A stretch of 64,000 bases of DNA. Origin: an uncultured delta proteobacterium. GTDB lineage: Bacteria > Desulfobacterota > RBG-13-43-22. Below are positions 60,209-64,000 of this stretch, piece after piece. The stretch's first letter is position 1. Every line of letters begins with the position of its first letter. The DNA lies in the NCBI GenBank assembly GCA_963821645.1, contig CAWGEQ010000039.1:5766-69765 (forward strand), read 5' to 3'. The position numbers and the translations under genes were made by a program. The notes beneath the pieces were generated by a model. That model had not been told where the DNA came from. It ran no database searches and saw only the letters and a program-made list of their open reading frames with translations.

Positions 60209-60823
60209 ATGAACACCATCCCAGTCCTGGAAATTTTTTCAGACTATGTCTGACCCTGGTGCTATTTCATTACCGGGCGTATTGATCGATTACAAAAGAC
60301 TTATGAAATTGATGTCCGCTGGACGGCCTTTCCCCTCCATCCCGAAACCCCCGAGGAAGGGCAAACCCTTGAACAACTTTTCTCCGGACGTCTGGACCTC
60401 GACCAGGTTATGGCCAGGCTGAAACAGGCGGCCCGAGATGCCGGACTGCCCTTCGGCGATCGAAAAATGACCTATAACAGCCGATTAGCCCAGGAACTGG
60501 CCAAATGGGCCGGTTCCAAGGAAAAAGAAGACCAATTTCACCAGGCGATTTTCCAGGCCTATTTTGTCAAAGGCATCAATATCGGGAAAATTGCCGAGCT
60601 GGCCAGACTGGCCGAATCCATCGGGCTCCCCGGAAAAGAAGCCGAAGAGGTTTTGCAGAAGAGGACTTTTAAAGAGGCTGTTGATAGCGATTGGCTCAGA
60701 TCGCGTCAAATGGGCATCCAAGCCGTTCCCACCTTGGCCTTGGACCGTTGTGTCCTGGTTGGTGCCCAGCCCTACGAAAAGATGGCGGAGTTTTTGGAGG
60801 CGGCTAGTGTACGAAAGTCCTGA
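60209..60823 (+). CDS. DsbA/FrnE-like thiol oxidoreductase with in-frame TGA (60251-60253) at the first Cys of CPWC; probable selenoprotein (UPWC)
   Basis: MNTIPVLEIFSDYV[TGA]PWCYFITGRIDRL... is in frame with ORF 60410..60823 (…VPTLALDRCVLVGAQPYE). Confidence 0.7.
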
Positions 60824-61838
60824 ATCCATCCAACCGGCCCTGATCTACCCCTACACCTTGTTCGAAGAAGAAGCCTTGGCCTGGTCGATCCTTTTATGTA
60901 ACCAGGCCGTATTGCTGCACCCTTTTCCTTTACCCTTGCCACCATCTTATCTCCCCTTAATGGACCAGGGATTGCTTCAGGTCCGCTCATTAGAGCGGAC
61001 CCGGGAGGAAATCCGGATAAAGGAAAGAAACTTGAGGGCCGTCCAAACCTATATTGCCGGCCTTCCGGACCAAGGTTTTCTAAAAACCCTCAAAGGACTG
61101 ACCTCCGGGGAGGCCCTGGAAACCCAGGAAGAAATAGTCGGTCTTTTGAAAGGAGAAACTTCCAAGAAGAATCCGGAATATCCTTCAGCCATTGACGGTC
61201 AGACCCTCCTCTGCCTTATTCACCAATGGCTGATGCAGGAATGGGAAATGGAGGCCTCTGTGGCTATGGCCGAGGAACAGGAAAAGACCCTGACTATGGG
61301 CTGGCAGGAAAATCCGGAAGAGACAGTGACCTGGTCCCCCCCGGTCCCGTCTGTTTTGAGAAAGAACGAAACCGAGCTCCCCTGTCCCTTGGCCTTGACC
61401 GCCTGGAAAGAATTAAGGGATCAATTAGCCCCTGAACCTTTAAATCTTTTCACTACTCAGTGGTGGGCCTGGACCGAGCATTACGGCCTGGATCCGGATG
61501 AAGAACCACCTGTTTCCATTCCCCTGCCGGACTTGGGTCCCTTAGACGCTTCAAATTTCCAAAAACAATTAGAGGCCCGGGGTCCTTCAAAAACAGGATC
61601 TACCGTCTCAAGGTTTCCGGAAGGGCCTTTAAGGTCCCTGCTGGTTTCCCCTCAAGAAGGCGCGATCGTCGATTTTCAAAAGGCCCTATCGGGCTTAGGG
61701 TTGCCGCCCAACGGTCGATATTGTCTGATTCTTCCCCCGATAAAACTTTCCCTAAAAGGGCCGGAGGCCTATCGAAGACAAAATGGGTGGGGACCATTGA
61801 TCCTCCTTTCCCTTAGGCCCTTTGGGTTAAGAGGCTGA
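60807..61838 (+). CDS. hypothetical protein
   Basis: GTG 60807 with RBS ggagg 6 nt upstream, overlapping the DsbA-like 3' end. 343 aa, P/L/E-rich, no family recognised. Confidence 0.5.
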   Translation: MYESPESIQPALIYPYTLFEEEALAWSILLCNQAVLLHPFPLPLPPSYLPLMDQGLLQVRSLERTREEIRIKERNLRAVQTYIAGLPDQGFLKTLKGLTSGEALETQEEIVGLLKGETSKKNPEYPSAIDGQTLLCLIHQWLMQEWEMEASVAMAEEQEKTLTMGWQENPEETVTWSPPVPSVLRKNETELPCPLALTAWKELRDQLAPEPLNLFTTQWWAWTEHYGLDPDEEPPVSIPLPDLGPLDASNFQKQLEARGPSKTGSTVSRFPEGPLRSLLVSPQEGAIVDFQKALSGLGLPPNGRYCLILPPIKLSLKGPEAYRRQNGWGPLILLSLRPFGLRG

Positions 61839-61936
61839 GGAAGTACGGTGCTTTTCCCTTGACAACTTTTTTTATTTTCCCTAAAAAGTCTTAGACACCC
61901 TTTTGGTTTAAAATTCAAACAGGAAAGAGAAGAATC

Positions 61937-62122
61937 ATGTTTAAGGTCGAAGTAGACCCGGATAAGTGCGTCGGCGACGAAGAATGTGTCGAGGTCTGTC
62001 CGGTAGATGTTTTTGAGCTTCAAGACGGGAAAGCCGTTCCCGTTCAGGCCGATGAATGCCTGGGATGTGAAAGCTGTATCGAGGTCTGTGAATTTAAAGC
62101 GATAACGGTAACCGAGGTCTGA
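61937..62122 (+). CDS. small [4Fe-4S] ferredoxin
   Basis: 61 aa. CVGDEECVEVCP and CLGCESCIEVC. Confidence 0.9.
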   Translation: MFKVEVDPDKCVGDEECVEVCPVDVFELQDGKAVPVQADECLGCESCIEVCEFKAITVTEV

Positions 62123-62168
62123 AACAAAAAGGCCTGCCGGAATGATTCTCAGCAGGCCTTTTGTTTTC
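62123..62168. terminator. bidirectional rho-independent terminator (ferredoxin / cytochrome c3)
   Basis: aaacaaaaa-ggcctgc...gcaggcc-ttttgtttt. Confidence 0.7.
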
Positions 62169-62181
62169 AATCTGAAACTGC

Positions 62182-62619
62182 TTACTTCTTTACATGACAT
62201 TGGGCGCAGAGAGTCGGCCCTGTCTTCTTGCCCTCGGTCTTCAATTTGGTGTGACAATCCTTGCAGTTTTTGTGAAAGGCATTTTGAAGGGTCGGCTTCT
62301 TGCCTTCTTCGACCGCCTTGTGGCATTCGCTGCACTTTTGAACTTTATCGCCTTCTTTCCAGATATTTTTACCATCTTTATAGTTATGGTGACATTGGGT
62401 ACAGGCGATTTTGTGGTCCTTCACATGTTTCAGGTGGGAAAACTCTACGGGTGGCTTTGTCCGTTTGCCGTCCTTGAACAAAGCCTTGTCATTATCGATT
62501 TTAACGGTATCCGGGGGTTTAACGGCAGCGGCATAAACCCAGGCCACCAACCCTAAGGAAAAGACAAACGCCGTTATAAGAGACATGATCACCAGGCCTT
62601 TTTTCATCTTTTGATTCAC
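62182..62619 (-). CDS. tetraheme cytochrome c3 family protein
   Basis: Signal peptide plus four CXXCH motifs (CTQCH, CSECH, CKDCH, CAQCH). Confidence 0.9.
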   Translation of the reverse strand: MNQKMKKGLVIMSLITAFVFSLGLVAWVYAAAVKPPDTVKIDNDKALFKDGKRTKPPVEFSHLKHVKDHKIACTQCHHNYKDGKNIWKEGDKVQKCSECHKAVEEGKKPTLQNAFHKNCKDCHTKLKTEGKKTGPTLCAQCHVKK

Positions 62620-62807
62620 CTCCCTCCCCTTTTTTTATCGAAAAACTTTTCTATTTTTTTATCTTAAGGTCGATCTTAATCGATCCCAAAATTTGAAGCT
62701 CCCTGCCCCAAAGGTGCAGTCCGTCACGTTGGACGGGAAATGCGCTCAACCTCCATGTTCAATAATCATCTCATATAATCAAACCCGGTACTTCTGTCAA
62801 GAAAAAG

Positions 62808-62836
62808 TTGACAGACCCTTTGGGTTCTGTTATAAA
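62808..62836 (+). promoter_or_regulatory. putative sigma70-type promoter upstream of tatA
   Basis: TTGACA, 17 nt, TATAAA. Confidence 0.45.
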
Positions 62837-63081
62837 AAACAACAATAATATTCTATTATTTGGGGAGGTTTTCTTACGGAAACATTCACCACTCATAGTG
62901 TCTGGAGTATTTTACCCTGGCAAGTCCCCTGGGATTTAGGTCATGCCTTTTTTCTCGGCCTTACCTATCTGGTTCTATGCATTTTGGGGGTTACCTTAAC
63001 CATTGCGGCCTTGAGGACTCGCCGGTCTCTGAAAAATCCTCCCCATTAAACCCTTGATGGCCTCTAATTTAAGGAGCTCCG

Positions 63082-63294
63082 ATGTTCGGTCTGGGAAATC
63101 AAGAATTAATCATTATCCTGGTCATTGTCTTTTTCATCTTTGGGGCCAAAAAATTGCCTGAAATCGGCAAGGGTCTGGGAAAAAGTATTCGTGAGTTTAA
63201 AGACAGTATAAGCGGTATGAGCGACGGGGGAGAAAATACCACCCCCCACAAACCCAAAGAAGAAAAAAAAGATTCCCCGGGACCGACCCCCTAA
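63082..63294 (+). CDS. tatA: twin-arginine translocase TatA/E
   Basis: [40 protein letters not shown]. Confidence 0.9.
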   Translation: MFGLGNQELIIILVIVFFIFGAKKLPEIGKGLGKSIREFKDSISGMSDGGENTTPHKPKEEKKDSPGPTP

Positions 63295-63326
63295 AGCCGG
63301 CCGGCGGCCCTGGTCAAACTAAGCCT

Positions 63327-64000
63327 TTATTCCGATTCTTTTACCTTGCTCCACAATTCTTCCCACTCCCCTATGGACAAAGACGGCAAAGAAGATGAGA
63401 TACCCTCATCCGGGGATCGGGCTTCGCTGATCATGGCGCGAAAGCGTCTTAAAAATTTTTGATTGGTTTTTCGCAGGGCGTTCTCGGCCGGAACGCCCAA
63501 AAATCTTCCCACATTGACCAGGGAGAACAACACGTCCCCCAACTCTTCTCCGGCCGCCTCCGGATCATTTTTCCCGATGGCCTCTTCTAATTCCCTAAAT
63601 TCCTCCCGGACCTTTTCCAATACCCCGTTGATGTGGGGCCAATCAAACCCTAATCCGGCGGCCCTTTGAGAAATTCGATGGGCCTTGAGTAATGAGGGTA
63701 CGTCAACCGGAATGGATTCAAAAGGATCCTGCCCCTTATTCTCCCCGGCCTTGATATCCTGCCAGCCCTGAACGACCTGTTCAGCATTTTCCCATTTTTT
63801 ATCGCCGAAGATATGGGGATGACGACGAACCATCTTTTGATAAATGGCCTCGATGACCCGGCTCAAATCAAATTGACCCTCTTCCTCATAGATCCGACAC
63901 AAGAAAACGACCTGAAACAAGAGATCCCCCAATTCCTCTTTGATCTCCGCAACGGCCTTCCGATCCAGGGCGTCGGCCAACTCGTAGGTTTCCTCCAAGA
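63327..64000 (-). CDS. mazG: MazG nucleoside triphosphate pyrophosphohydrolase, 5' end outside window
   Basis: Tandem MazG domains (EETYELADA..ELGDLLFQVV, EEFRELEEA..ELGDVLFSLV). The frame is open to the right edge. Confidence 0.85.
   Translation of the reverse strand, partial: LEETYELADALDRKAVAEIKEELGDLLFQVVFLCRIYEEEGQFDLSRVIEAIYQKMVRRHPHIFGDKKWENAEQVVQGWQDIKAGENKGQDPFESIPVDVPSLLKAHRISQRAAGLGFDWPHINGVLEKVREEFRELEEAIGKNDPEAAGEELGDVLFSLVNVGRFLGVPAENALRKTNQKFLRRFRAMISEARSPDEGISSSLPSLSIGEWEELWSKVKESE

Noticed and set aside
62849-63049. ~60-aa hydrophobic ORF between the promoter and tatA (…LGHAFFLGLTYLVLCILGVTLTIAAL…)
   Set aside because: The frame is open and a GGGGAGG lies upstream, but there is no in-frame ATG, GTG or TTG at a sensible distance. 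Not reported as a gene.

Overview
64-kb chromosomal window, apparently from a Desulfobacterota-like anaerobe. This is an inference from gene content: tetraheme cytochrome c3, a four-subunit 2-oxoacid:ferredoxin oxidoreductase, System II cytochrome c maturation, and redox genes interrupted by UGA. The left part (1-18.4 kb) is a mosaic accessory region. It holds decayed envelope/glycosylation membrane genes, an orphan CpaF-like ATPase, three type II TA pairs (hicBA-like, abrB/relE-like, higBA), rimO and an IS110-family element. The rest is core: patatin-like lipase, UPF0280, dnaE, guaA, guaB, ppx/gppA, a relBE-like pair, an ABC-class ATPase, the oxidoreductase delta-alpha-beta-gamma genes, fabD, hpt, an RCK K+ channel, ccsA/resB, serS, queD, tRNA-Met, groESL with CIRCE, GT4/GT2, cspA, a MaoC pair, an M16 peptidase, a DsbA-like gene, ferredoxin, cytochrome c3, tatA and mazG. 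Six things go beyond ordinary annotation. (1) dnaE is present as a head-to-tail 3.24-kb near-identical duplication, and neither copy is complete. (2) Most core intergenic spacers are inverted arrays of degenerate 7-nt repeats (AAGGTNC / GNACCTT). A second family (TCAGCTN arms plus tccggaaa hairpins) behaves like a MITE, with a filled and an empty site both in the window. (3) Both four-helix-bundle (23S rRNA IVS-protein family) genes, one intact and one decayed, sit exactly between inverted heptamer arms inside housekeeping operons. (4) A ~200-nt element occurs three times with compensatory hairpin changes. (5) Two in-frame TGA codons fall on conserved Cys positions: DsbA-like UxxC, and a DUF1573 CGC motif. 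These are selenoprotein candidates. (6) At least ten genes are frame-interrupted, so sequencing error versus real pseudogenisation must be settled first. All similarity statements come from reading the translations and the sequence by eye. No database search or exact identity calculation was possible, and repeat coordinates are +/- a few nt.
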